Positions 7,956-17,012 of a stretch of DNA of 26,417 nucleotides are shown piece after piece (the stretch's first letter is position 1; every line of letters starts with the position of its first letter). Below the pieces are notes generated by a model. It searched no databases. It saw only the letters and a list, made by a program, of their open reading frames with translations, and was not told where the DNA came from. The position numbers and the translations under genes were made by a program. Source of the stretch: Promethearchaeota archaeon Loki_b31 (lineage in GTDB: Archaea; Asgardarchaeota; Lokiarchaeia; Sigyniarchaeales; SOKP01); assembly GCA_005222975.1 (NCBI GenBank), contig NJBI01000049.1:1-26417 (forward strand). Reading direction: 5' to 3'.

Positions 7956-9274
7956 TATTTTTTCCTTCTATAAGATATATTTACTTCTAATGTATTTTTT
8001 GATACTAGCTCGTAAAGAATTGCCTTTTTTCCTTCTACGGGGCGTAATAATCGTCCTAATCTTTGAATAAATTGTCTTGAACTCCCTGTTCCGCTAATAA
8101 TAATTCCTATATTTGCCTTGGGAACATCTATTCCCTCGTCTAATACTTGAGAAGAAATAATAGCTGTATAAATGCCTTTTTTGAATTTCTTCAATATTTC
8201 CTTCCGTTCTTTATTAGGTGTCTTATAGGTAATGCAAGGGATTAAGAATTTTCTCGAAATTTCATAAACTATATTATTATATCTAGTAAAAATTATTATC
8301 CTATCTTCTTTATTTAATAATTCTCTAATTTTTTCTATCTTATTTTTTGAATTATATGCTATGTTAACTGCTTGATTTCTCGATAAAATTGCCTTTCTTG
8401 CGTCAAGGTCATATCCAGAACGCATTATCAACTTTTTAAAATCTGTGTTACTTCTAATTTGAATATTTCTTGAAATCAAGAAATTTTTAAAGATTTCGAT
8501 ATGGTTATTATAATGAATTCTCTCTTCTTTTGTTAAATCGATACTAATTCGAATGATGTCATAATTAGAAAGATATTCTCCTGTTAAATCATCTACTTTT
8601 TTCTCGTAAATGATTCCACCTATTAATCTTGGCAACTCTTCATGTAGACCATCTGATCTTTCGTAAGTCGCAGTTAAACCTAATCTATAAGGTGAAGCGA
8701 ACATTTCGGCAATTTGTTTAAAACCCTCTGAGGGAAGATGATGAACTTCATCAAAGATTAGTAACTTAAATTTATTGCCTAAATATGTTGCATTAATAAA
8801 AGCAGAATTATATGTCGAAATGGTTATGGGTTGAACATTCTTTTTTTTACCAGTAAATTCCCCAATTTTTAAGTCGAAAGCTTTCTCCAATTCTTCTTTC
8901 CACTGATTAACTAGATCCAATGTAGGAACGATTATAAAAGTCGGCGAATTAATTTTTTCAATAATTTTAATTGCAAGAATCGTTTTTCCTGAGCCTGTGG
9001 GTAAAATAATTATCCCTTTTTTTTGAATTAACCATCTTTCTAAGGCTTCAATTTGATAATCTCTTAAATTAATATTAGAACTGAAGTGAGGACAAGGAAT
9101 TAAATCTAAAACACGATCTTTACATTGAATATTTGAATGTTCTAAGTAATCAATTATATCCTTGTAATATAATGCCTCTGCTCTATAGCAATTGCCTCTT
9201 TTATCCCATTTAGCGTAAGGATTGTTATAACTTCCCTCAATTCGAATGGTACCTTTATGATATAATAATTCCAT
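7955..9274 (-). CDS. xpb: XPB/Rad25-family SF2 helicase
   Basis: LRDYQ, LPTGSGKT, FDEVHH, LGLTATYER, LDEGIDVP, QRLGRLLR; immediately upstream of DUF790. Confidence 0.92.
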   Translation of the reverse strand: MELLYHKGTIRIEGSYNNPYAKWDKRGNCYRAEALYYKDIIDYLEHSNIQCKDRVLDLIPCPHFSSNINLRDYQIEALERWLIQKKGIIILPTGSGKTILAIKIIEKINSPTFIIVPTLDLVNQWKEELEKAFDLKIGEFTGKKKNVQPITISTYNSAFINATYLGNKFKLLIFDEVHHLPSEGFKQIAEMFASPYRLGLTATYERSDGLHEELPRLIGGIIYEKKVDDLTGEYLSNYDIIRISIDLTKEERIHYNNHIEIFKNFLISRNIQIRSNTDFKKLIMRSGYDLDARKAILSRNQAVNIAYNSKNKIEKIRELLNKEDRIIIFTRYNNIVYEISRKFLIPCITYKTPNKERKEILKKFKKGIYTAIISSQVLDEGIDVPKANIGIIISGTGSSRQFIQRLGRLLRPVEGKKAILYELVSKNTLEVNISYRRKK

Positions 9275-9524
9275 ACTATCTTATTAAAATTAGTTCCTTC
9301 TATATACAAGGATAATTCTTTTAAAAAAAAATATTGTAGAGAGATATGATTTTTTAAATTCTACAGTTATTAATTTATAATATGATGATGTTTCCATAAA
9401 GTATTCATTAACAAAATAATTATGAATAAATTATTTTTCACTTTTTTAAGAGTTCTGCCAATAGTTTTAGATTTATTAAGAGAATAATAGAATTTAATAA
9501 TATTCTTAAAATCTTCTTTTTATT

Positions 9525-10064
9525 ATGGATACAATTCATGTGTTTAAAGTTGCTTTAAAGTATCAAAAAGGACAATGGTGTCGAATTGAGATTAAAAGCG
9601 ATCAATCACTTAGAGATTTAGATGAGATTATTCGAAAGGCGTTCAATTACAATCCATGGGATCATTTAAGCATGTTTTTTTCTGGTCGTGTGTGGAAATC
9701 AGAAGATTTTGGTATAATTGAGCCTGATGGGCAAGATTCTGGTGCTAAAAAGCAGATTGACCAATTAGGACTATTAGAGGGAAAAAACATGGAATATGTA
9801 TATGATTTTGGCGATGATATACAACATGTTGTTACATTAGAAAAGATTAAAGAATCAGAAATAAGATACCAGACACCTTGTATCATTGCAAAAAATAAAC
9901 CTCGTTTTAGGTATTGTAAGTCATGTAAGAGTGAAGGAAAAAAAGTAAAAGCAAAATGGGAATGCATAGAATGCTTGGAAAATACTGGAAAGTTAATTTA
10001 TTTATGTGAAGAGTGTTATATGAGTAATCATGAAAACCATTATGCAAAAGAGATTATGTGTTAA
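9525..10064 (+). CDS. Plasmid pRiA4b ORF-3/TnpR-like domain fused to a C-terminal Cys6-His2 zinc finger
   Basis: CRIEIKSDQSLRDLDEIIRKAF..DHLSMF...YVYDFGDD, followed by CxxC-x12-CxxC-x10-CxxC-x4-HxxH. Confidence 0.75.
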   Translation: MDTIHVFKVALKYQKGQWCRIEIKSDQSLRDLDEIIRKAFNYNPWDHLSMFFSGRVWKSEDFGIIEPDGQDSGAKKQIDQLGLLEGKNMEYVYDFGDDIQHVVTLEKIKESEIRYQTPCIIAKNKPRFRYCKSCKSEGKKVKAKWECIECLENTGKLIYLCEECYMSNHENHYAKEIMC

Positions 10065-10101
10065 AGAATTAAAAATAAAATACAGAAAATAATACTGTAT
10101 T

Positions 10102-10359
10102 ATGAAAAAAGACAAGAATTTTGGACATCACCCTATTTTAAATGATATAATTTATGAAATAGTAGAAAATCAAATCAGAGATAATAATCCAAAAGAAACA
10201 AAAGAAACATTAAATAGATTGATGAATTTGGGATATAATAGGCATGATGCAATTCAGAAGATAGGAAGTGTTATTACGGAAGAGATTTACGATGTTTTGA
10301 AAAAGGGTGAATATTTTAATGAAAAACGATTTGTCAGAAAATTACTAGCCTTAAAGTGA
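10102..10359 (+). CDS. Small helical conserved hypothetical protein (DUF1841-like)
   Basis: IVENQIRDNNPKETKETLNRLMNLGYNRHDAI pattern; co-oriented in a three-gene run. Confidence 0.55.
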   Translation: MKKDKNFGHHPILNDIIYEIVENQIRDNNPKETKETLNRLMNLGYNRHDAIQKIGSVITEEIYDVLKKGEYFNEKRFVRKLLALK

Positions 10360-10451
10360 TGATAACTCCACCTAATAATTAAAGCTTAATGCCTTGAATA
10401 TAAGTCTTTTTGAATGGATAATGGAAAATAAAACAACTAAGTATAGAAAAA

Positions 10452-10886
10452 ATGCTAGAAGCGAAATATTATCTTTTTCTAAACCCTTATCCGAAACATG
10501 CTTTTTCCCATTGCCCAAAATGTAATACAAGAACAAAAATGAGGAAATATTGTTTGGTAATACATATCGAGCCTCGTCACTTTATATCATTAAATAAGAC
10601 CTGTCGCTATTGTCAATATTGTAATCTTATTATTATAAAAAAACAAGATTTAGAGCAGGTTCTTTATTGGATCTGCGAGCAAAATTCTTTAAATATCATT
10701 GGAAACGACTATTTCGTTTATGGAACCATGGAACGCAAAGATTGGAAAAAGGGGCAACAAAATAAATTTGATTCAAAACAATTGATGGAACATACTTATC
10801 CGTTCAAAGATATCTGGTTATTTGAAGTAGAACCCGCTGGTTGGGTATCAAATCCAAATAAAGATAAAAAAGCATGTAGCAATTAA
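10452..10886 (+). CDS. Cys-rich (zinc-ribbon-like) conserved hypothetical protein
   Basis: LNPY...CPKC...CRYCQYC motifs; clean 144-aa ORF. Confidence 0.65.
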   Translation: MLEAKYYLFLNPYPKHAFSHCPKCNTRTKMRKYCLVIHIEPRHFISLNKTCRYCQYCNLIIIKKQDLEQVLYWICEQNSLNIIGNDYFVYGTMERKDWKKGQQNKFDSKQLMEHTYPFKDIWLFEVEPAGWVSNPNKDKKACSN

Positions 10887-11109
10887 TTGTTAAGATGAGA
10901 ATAATATACTTAAAAAAGAGCAAAAGAAGAACGAATTCATAGAGATAAAGGCAAGCAACAAAAAAATAATTTAACGACAGAGGCAATTGCATTATTAAAA
11001 TTAGTGTAAAATTAAAAATGCTCTTTTTTATAATATTATCAAAATATAATTTATAATTAAGGACTTTTACTAATAGTTAGTAATTAAATTTTTAAGAAAC
11101 AAAGGGATC

Positions 11110-11715
11110 TTATTCTATTTCTTTCCGCCACCAATCAAACTCTTCTGGAAATTTCTTCGAGTTTTTTTCGAACCATTTGGATATCTCATAAGCATCGATA
11201 TAACCCGGTAATATCGCTGAAAATTGCAATTCATAACTCGAATCTAAATTCATCCTAATTGCTAAAATGCCGTATCTCGCTCCTATATTATCTGCTGGGT
11301 TGCTTTTTAATAAATTCCTTAAAATCGTAAGGACATCTTCCGTTTTACCATCGTCCCAAAGTTCTGTTGCCCACCTATCGAGTGTTCTGATGATGTGACG
11401 ATTTTCAACCCAACCCCATTCCATAATTTTTGGCCACTTACCCTCTTTGTTAACAATTTTCATCATTGCTTTTTGAAAAGCTCTCTGTAAAAGATCTTTC
11501 GCTTGATTATACTTCCCTTCGTCGTAAAAAATATCCGCGAGAATAAGATATGAATCAAAAAATAAGGGATCCTCATCGATGAGTCTTTTCAGGTTTCTTT
11601 TAAGCTGTTGGGGGGATAAATCATTATCTATAAACTCATAGTATTCATTCGCTACTTTATGGTCTTTATCGATGAATTCTACTATTTGATTTGTTCTTCT
11701 TGCATTTTTAATCAT
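11110..11715 (-). CDS. TPR-like protein of the 'W..ENR...NP.DN.G.RY' family
   Basis: LIDEDPLFFDSYLILADIF...AKDLLQRA; WGWVENRHIIR; LLKSNPADNIGARY. Confidence 0.75.
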   Translation of the reverse strand: MIKNARRTNQIVEFIDKDHKVANEYYEFIDNDLSPQQLKRNLKRLIDEDPLFFDSYLILADIFYDEGKYNQAKDLLQRAFQKAMMKIVNKEGKWPKIMEWGWVENRHIIRTLDRWATELWDDGKTEDVLTILRNLLKSNPADNIGARYGILAIRMNLDSSYELQFSAILPGYIDAYEISKWFEKNSKKFPEEFDWWRKEIE

Positions 11716-12062
11716 AATTTTTATAAATCATTTTTTTATTAATTAGATATTATTATGATGTTAATAAGCGATTGAATCTGCTAAATACTGATGTGTAATT
11801 CATACTATTTGGTTTAGAATTGATTCAGTTTATCAAAACTTTGTAAATAAAAAGAATTTGTCTTAATTAGAGTTTAGTTCACCAATTTTAATTGTACTTT
11901 GGTTCAAGATGGCGGGTTAACAGCAATGGACCGAGTTTAATACTTTTGAAATCTGGTGTTCTTTAACTTTCTTTTTTTTTTCTATATTCAATATAATACA
12001 AATAATAAATGAGGGAACGAACCATAAAGATAAGATTATTGATGAAATAGAAATGATTGAAT

Positions 12063-12944
12063 CTACTTATAAACTTGAAGCCCTTGCTCTTTTAATTTTA
12101 TAATACTTTCTGGTAATTTCATCCAGTAATTAGCTTTTAGGTTTAAAATTTCGAGAGAGTTCAAATCTCCTATGGATTCCGGAATTTTAGTTAATTTATT
12201 GTTGCTAAGATTTAATTCTTTTAACATTATCAATTTTCCAATTGACTTAGGAAGCTCCATCAAGGCATTAGAGCTTAAATTAAGATACTGTAAATTTGAA
12301 AGCAGCCCGATTGAAGCGGGTAATTGTTTAAGTTTATTTATACGCAAATTCAAGTATTCTAAGTTAGATAAAAGCCCGATTTCTTTCATTAATGTCGTAA
12401 TGTTGTTTCTCCTAAGAGCGAGATGTTTCAGAGATTTAAACCTAAGAATTTCGCTTGGAAAGTAATTTAATTCGCATTTGTAAAGACTTAATCCTGTGAT
12501 TTCTTCATCTTCCTTGACATAGCACGTTGAATTTATATCGAATTTTTCTTTTAGAGGTATTGGTTTATTTGTTTGCTTTTCTAACGAATGGATAATGTTT
12601 TTTTCGACATAATCAATACTAGATATTTCAGAATCACCTATCATTTTAAAAAGCACTTCTATTATGGGTAAGGGATCACCACATTTTGGACAGTATTTAA
12701 TTTGAGGTGCACACAGAAAAGTACAGTGAGGGCACGGTATTCTAATAATTGATTGTTTAAAATATTTTTTACGAGTTTTGGAATTATCAGCTTCGCTTAG
12801 TTTAACGAAAAGATTTAACCAATAATATTGAGTTTTAGATAGATGAGCTTCTATTTTGTATTGTTCTAGAAAGGGTTTGAAAAATTCATGCTTTTTAGCA
12901 AATATTTCTAACCATTTCTGCTCCTTGTCAGTTAATTCTTTCAT
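12063..12944 (-). CDS. Double zinc-ribbon + leucine-rich-repeat protein
   Basis: CPHC...CPKCG, then about six LxxLxLxxNxLxxLPxxIGxL-type repeats. Confidence 0.9.
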   Translation of the reverse strand: MKELTDKEQKWLEIFAKKHEFFKPFLEQYKIEAHLSKTQYYWLNLFVKLSEADNSKTRKKYFKQSIIRIPCPHCTFLCAPQIKYCPKCGDPLPIIEVLFKMIGDSEISSIDYVEKNIIHSLEKQTNKPIPLKEKFDINSTCYVKEDEEITGLSLYKCELNYFPSEILRFKSLKHLALRRNNITTLMKEIGLLSNLEYLNLRINKLKQLPASIGLLSNLQYLNLSSNALMELPKSIGKLIMLKELNLSNNKLTKIPESIGDLNSLEILNLKANYWMKLPESIIKLKEQGLQVYK

Positions 12945-12995
12945 CTATTAATAATTAAGAGAAGATTATATTAAATAATATATATTGGAATTTTA

Positions 12996-13120
12996 TTATT
13001 TTTTAAATCCTTCAGCATCTAGTCGCTCATTACATAATGTATCGTACCTTTGAACGTAGGGATTGTTCCTTCCAACATGAAAAAACTCCATCTTTTCATT
13101 GAGCTCACATGATTGATAGA
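12996..13120 (-). pseudogene. C-terminal remnant of an RNase HI-like gene
   Basis: MEFFHVGRNNPYVQRYDTLCNERLDAEGFKK* resembles the RNase HI end 'F.HV.R..N..AD.L.N..LD'. The N-terminal catalytic region is absent. Confidence 0.5.
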
Positions 13121-14366
13121 GTTCGCTACTATTTTGGATGAAATCGAAATAAGAAAAAAGAAAATTATAGCTATTAAAGATATATTTGATCAATTTAAAG
13201 GTAGTATTTTATTTTCTCTTGAAGATTGATAAGCAAGTTCTATAATCTCATGCGCTTTATAGCCAATTTCTAAGCCGGGGTATGGTTTTTCTTCTTTAAT
13301 TATCGATTCCAAGAAGTGTAGATTTTCGAAAAAATAATGTCCTGTACTTGGAGTAATTTGGGGTAAATCTTTTTCTTTTAGGTACTCGTTAATAATCTCA
13401 TTATATTTTAACCTTGTTTTCTGCCTTCCAATCAAATATTCGAACTTTTTAAAGGATAATCCGGTATAACCATCTAAAACAACGTATCCATTTTCGAAGA
13501 AAATTTCAATCCGTCTCTCATCCATTCTTACTTTATTCCAGATACTTATCAAATTGCCTACGAATCCGTCTTCATATTCGAATTCTATTGTAGCTACATC
13601 TTCAAGTCTTTTTTGGGTTAAGGGAGAAATATATCGAATCTTAGCAAATACTTTCGACAGTTTGGAATCGTTGCCAAAGAGATATTCGAGCGTGTCGACA
13701 TCGTGAATGCTATGTTCAAATAAACACCCTGCATGAGCTAAGGACGGATCTTTTCTCCATTCAGACGGATGAATGCGGGATCCTATTGGCCATTCTTGGG
13801 CGTCTCTAAATATAAATGATAATCTCATACCAAAAGTTTCTTCATTTTCTAATAAAATTTGTTTTAATTTCCAAAGAATGGGGCAGTGTCGTAGTACTAG
13901 ACCCACTTGAGTTAGAACGCCTTGCTTTTTTTCTACTGAAATCATTTCTTTGATATCCTCTAAAGAAAATGCTAGGGGTTTTTCGCAAAAAATATATTTG
14001 CCCTCTTCAGCAATTCGTATATAATAATCTTTATGAAATTTCGTGGGTGTTGTTATATACATTACATTAATTTTCTTATCTTTGATGATCTCGTCTGGAT
14101 TAGTTGTAAAATATTCTACATTATAAGGGTTATTTCTTTTCAAATTGTTTAATTTATTTTCATCAATATCTGCTACTCCTTGTATTTTTATATTAACTCC
14201 GTGCTTAGAAAGTAGATTATCTTCTTGTATTTTTTTCAAGGAAAGTAAATGCACTAATCCAATAGAGCCAGTTCCAATCATTCCTATATTTAAATTCAAC
14301 TAAAAAACTCTGCATTTTTAATTCTATTTAATGAATAAAATATTTCATTTTTTAAATCCTTCAGCA
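12998..14366. repeat. 20-bp direct repeat pair flanking the oxidoreductase gene
   Basis: ATTTTTTAAATCCTTCAGCA at 12998-13017 and 14347-14366; extends to 26 bp with 2 mismatches. Confidence 0.85.
13190..14299 (-). CDS. Gfo/Idh/MocA-family NAD(P)-dependent oxidoreductase (TTG start)
   Basis: IGMIGTGSIG, ITTPTKFH, IFCEKP, HSIHDVD. Confidence 0.92.
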   Translation of the reverse strand: MNLNIGMIGTGSIGLVHLLSLKKIQEDNLLSKHGVNIKIQGVADIDENKLNNLKRNNPYNVEYFTTNPDEIIKDKKINVMYITTPTKFHKDYYIRIAEEGKYIFCEKPLAFSLEDIKEMISVEKKQGVLTQVGLVLRHCPILWKLKQILLENEETFGMRLSFIFRDAQEWPIGSRIHPSEWRKDPSLAHAGCLFEHSIHDVDTLEYLFGNDSKLSKVFAKIRYISPLTQKRLEDVATIEFEYEDGFVGNLISIWNKVRMDERRIEIFFENGYVVLDGYTGLSFKKFEYLIGRQKTRLKYNEIINEYLKEKDLPQITPSTGHYFFENLHFLESIIKEEKPYPGLEIGYKAHEIIELAYQSSRENKILPLN

Positions 14367-14464
14367 CCTAAGAGTTGATAAAAATTTGATAAAAATGTAA
14401 AATTTTATCGTGTTGAAAAAATCGATACAGGAAGAGGGTGTATCAAACTACTTGATGATCTTTG

Positions 14465-15226
14465 TTATTTAGAAAAATCATCCATGAGAAGGTACGCATA
14501 CAAAGGAGTTAAAGTATCCATTAAATTATAAACACCAATTGGGTCAATTTTTTTACCAATACCATTCTTGCCCTTTCCTTTAAAAGACTTGTAATACTCT
14601 TCATATTTTCCTTTTTCGGAATGAATTCGCTGAAAGTTCACTTTACGACTTAAATGATTCTCTAATTTTGCAAGGCTTTTAAAAGGGAGCATCATGTCAA
14701 CAATTTCCTCCGGAAATTTGTAATCCAGCTTGAAATTGTTAATTATTGTTTCTAAAATCTTAATATCAAAATTTTTATTAAAGACGATAATCATATCAGC
14801 GTCATCAATGTATTTTTGGGCTAACCTTATTAGATGAAAAGCTGTTTCTTTTCTTCTTAGCATGTTAAACGACTGATAAACAAGGAGCTCGGCATCGACA
14901 GGAGCACGATCGCGTAAATCAAGAATGGATAAGCCTAAAATGTTAACAAAACCTTCATAAGCTTTTGGAATCCATGTAGTTGTTTCAATATCAAGCGATA
15001 CTAACTTTTTATTACAGTAAGGTTTATCCTCCAAGGAGTTACAATTGATTAGGTAATCAAGAATGGCCTTGCTCGTGCTATAAATATCGTCCAAGAGCGT
15101 CTCATCCCAGACATTCTCTTCCGTGTAATCAAGAAATGTAGATGTTACTGACTTTTCCTGATTTAGACCATCCTCTTTTTCTTGCACCCGAATTAATCTT
15201 TCTATAAAATTATCTGGAAAATCCAT
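14465..15226 (-). CDS. YprB/RNase_H_2-like DEDDy 3'-5' exonuclease-fold protein
   Basis: ExoI LDIETT, ExoII FNKNFD, ExoIII YNLMD. Confidence 0.7.
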   Translation of the reverse strand: MDFPDNFIERLIRVQEKEDGLNQEKSVTSTFLDYTEENVWDETLLDDIYSTSKAILDYLINCNSLEDKPYCNKKLVSLDIETTTWIPKAYEGFVNILGLSILDLRDRAPVDAELLVYQSFNMLRRKETAFHLIRLAQKYIDDADMIIVFNKNFDIKILETIINNFKLDYKFPEEIVDMMLPFKSLAKLENHLSRKVNFQRIHSEKGKYEEYYKSFKGKGKNGIGKKIDPIGVYNLMDTLTPLYAYLLMDDFSK

Positions 15227-15449
15227 TTTTCATTCTTCTTTTGATATTTAAGATGAGATTATATTAAAAAATGTTTATTGAAATTTTGTTAATATTTTTT
15301 TCTAATTTCTTTTTTCAATAATAAAATTAAAAATTTAAATAGTTTAAAATCAAAGATATATTGACCATTTATCGACTTTACTTTCTTATAGTGAATTTTG
15401 AAGAAGTAACATTAAAAAAATGGGATTTTTCTAACAAATATGTAAATGG

Positions 15450-16937
15450 ATGATAGATATGAGAACAAAAGAACAATATATGAAAGATCTAAGCAAAATG
15501 TATAATAATATTTTTTACGACGGTGAGAGGATTGATCGTTTAGACGAACAGCAAATCCCTTGTATTAATACAATTGGGATGACTTTTGATTTAGCTGAAG
15601 ATCCAGAATATGCGGATTTAATGCTTGTGAAATCTCATCTTACAGGTGAGATAATAAATCGTTTTACACATATTCATCAAAATACTGACGATCTTCATAA
15701 GAAGCAAGATATGACGCGAAAGATTTGTCAGAGAGTTGGCGGATGTATTCAGCGCTGTATGGGATGTGATGGAACAAACGCGGTGTATAATGTGAGCTAC
15801 GAAGCGGATAAATTAAATAAAGGAGAAACAAATTACCATGAAAACTTTAAAAGATGGTTGGAGCGATTTCAGAAAGAAGATTTAATTGCTGCTTGTGCTC
15901 AAACGGATGTAAAAGGTGATCGAATAAAGCGTCCTGCGGATCAGGAAGACCCAGACATGTATGTTCGTGTTGTAGAAAGAAGAAAGGATGGGATTATAGT
16001 TAGTGGTTGTAAGGTTCATATTTCCGAAGCTTCTGTATCTGACGAAATTTTAGTTGTCCCAACAAGAGCATTAAGACCGGAGGATAAAGATTATGCGGTT
16101 GCATTTGCGTTACCTGCGGATCATAAAGACGTTAAACAAGTAGTAACCATCCACAATTTTCGCAAAAGGGATTATTTTAAACGCGGGTTTATGCCTGGGG
16201 CTACAGATTCGTATATTATTTTTGACAATGTATTTGTTCCATGGGAAAGGGTTTTTCTATGTGGTGAATATCAACATGCTGGCGTTCTTGCCTTATTATT
16301 TGCGCTATTTCATCGTCACAGTTATTCGGGATGCAAGCCAGCTATCGGAGATTTAGTAGTCGGTACTGCCGCTTTAGCAGCAGAGTATAATAATATTCAT
16401 AGGACGCCTCACGTAAGGGATAAATTGGCTGAATTAATTATGGTATCAGAACTCGGTTATGCCGCAGGATACACGGCTTCTGATTTAGGTAAGCCAGAAG
16501 TTTATATGCCGGGCGTAGGATTTGTTCCTTACGGTCCTGGAAGCTTTATTCCAAATTCTATTTATTGTAATGTTGGAAGATGTATATCAGGAGAAAATGT
16601 TTTTCGCGAAGCTGAGATAATAACAGATATTTCTGGTGGCATTCCAGCAACTTTCCCGCACGAAAAAGATTTTGTTAATCCAGAGCTTAAGGACTATCTC
16701 TATAAATACATTACTAGAAACCCTAACATTTCGCCTGAAAATGCCGCGCAATTCTGGCGGTATGTTGGTGATATGTACTGTTCGGCAACGGGAGGAATAC
16801 ATCTCTATGGAAGTTATCATGGCGGTGGTTCGCCCATAATGGAAAGTATTGCAATCACAACCCAATACGACATTGAATCTAAAAAAAAGCTGGTAAAAAA
16901 TATTGCAGGAATTAACGACGAATTAAATAAAACTTAA
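15450..16937 (+). CDS. abfD: 4-hydroxybutyryl-CoA dehydratase/vinylacetyl-CoA isomerase (HpaB/AbfD family)
   Basis: [4Fe-4S] ligand motifs CIQRC and HRHSYSGCK; QTDVKGDR, FDNVFVPWERVF, HGGGSP. Confidence 0.85.
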   Translation: MIDMRTKEQYMKDLSKMYNNIFYDGERIDRLDEQQIPCINTIGMTFDLAEDPEYADLMLVKSHLTGEIINRFTHIHQNTDDLHKKQDMTRKICQRVGGCIQRCMGCDGTNAVYNVSYEADKLNKGETNYHENFKRWLERFQKEDLIAACAQTDVKGDRIKRPADQEDPDMYVRVVERRKDGIIVSGCKVHISEASVSDEILVVPTRALRPEDKDYAVAFALPADHKDVKQVVTIHNFRKRDYFKRGFMPGATDSYIIFDNVFVPWERVFLCGEYQHAGVLALLFALFHRHSYSGCKPAIGDLVVGTAALAAEYNNIHRTPHVRDKLAELIMVSELGYAAGYTASDLGKPEVYMPGVGFVPYGPGSFIPNSIYCNVGRCISGENVFREAEIITDISGGIPATFPHEKDFVNPELKDYLYKYITRNPNISPENAAQFWRYVGDMYCSATGGIHLYGSYHGGGSPIMESIAITTQYDIESKKKLVKNIAGINDELNKT

Positions 16938-17012
16938 AACTTAATCGATTAATTTTTTATATTTATTTTAATTTTAATTTATCAATTGATTTTAAGGATT
17001 AAATGCCTATTA

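Noticed and set aside
11880-11966. CTLVQDGGLT resembling Pth2 'LI.DAGLT'
   Set aside because: Too short and interrupted by stops; cannot be supported.
14375-14409. 11-bp tandem TTGATAAAAAT x2 with a short inverted repeat
   Set aside because: Low-complexity AT-rich sequence; could be an operator but is unsupported.
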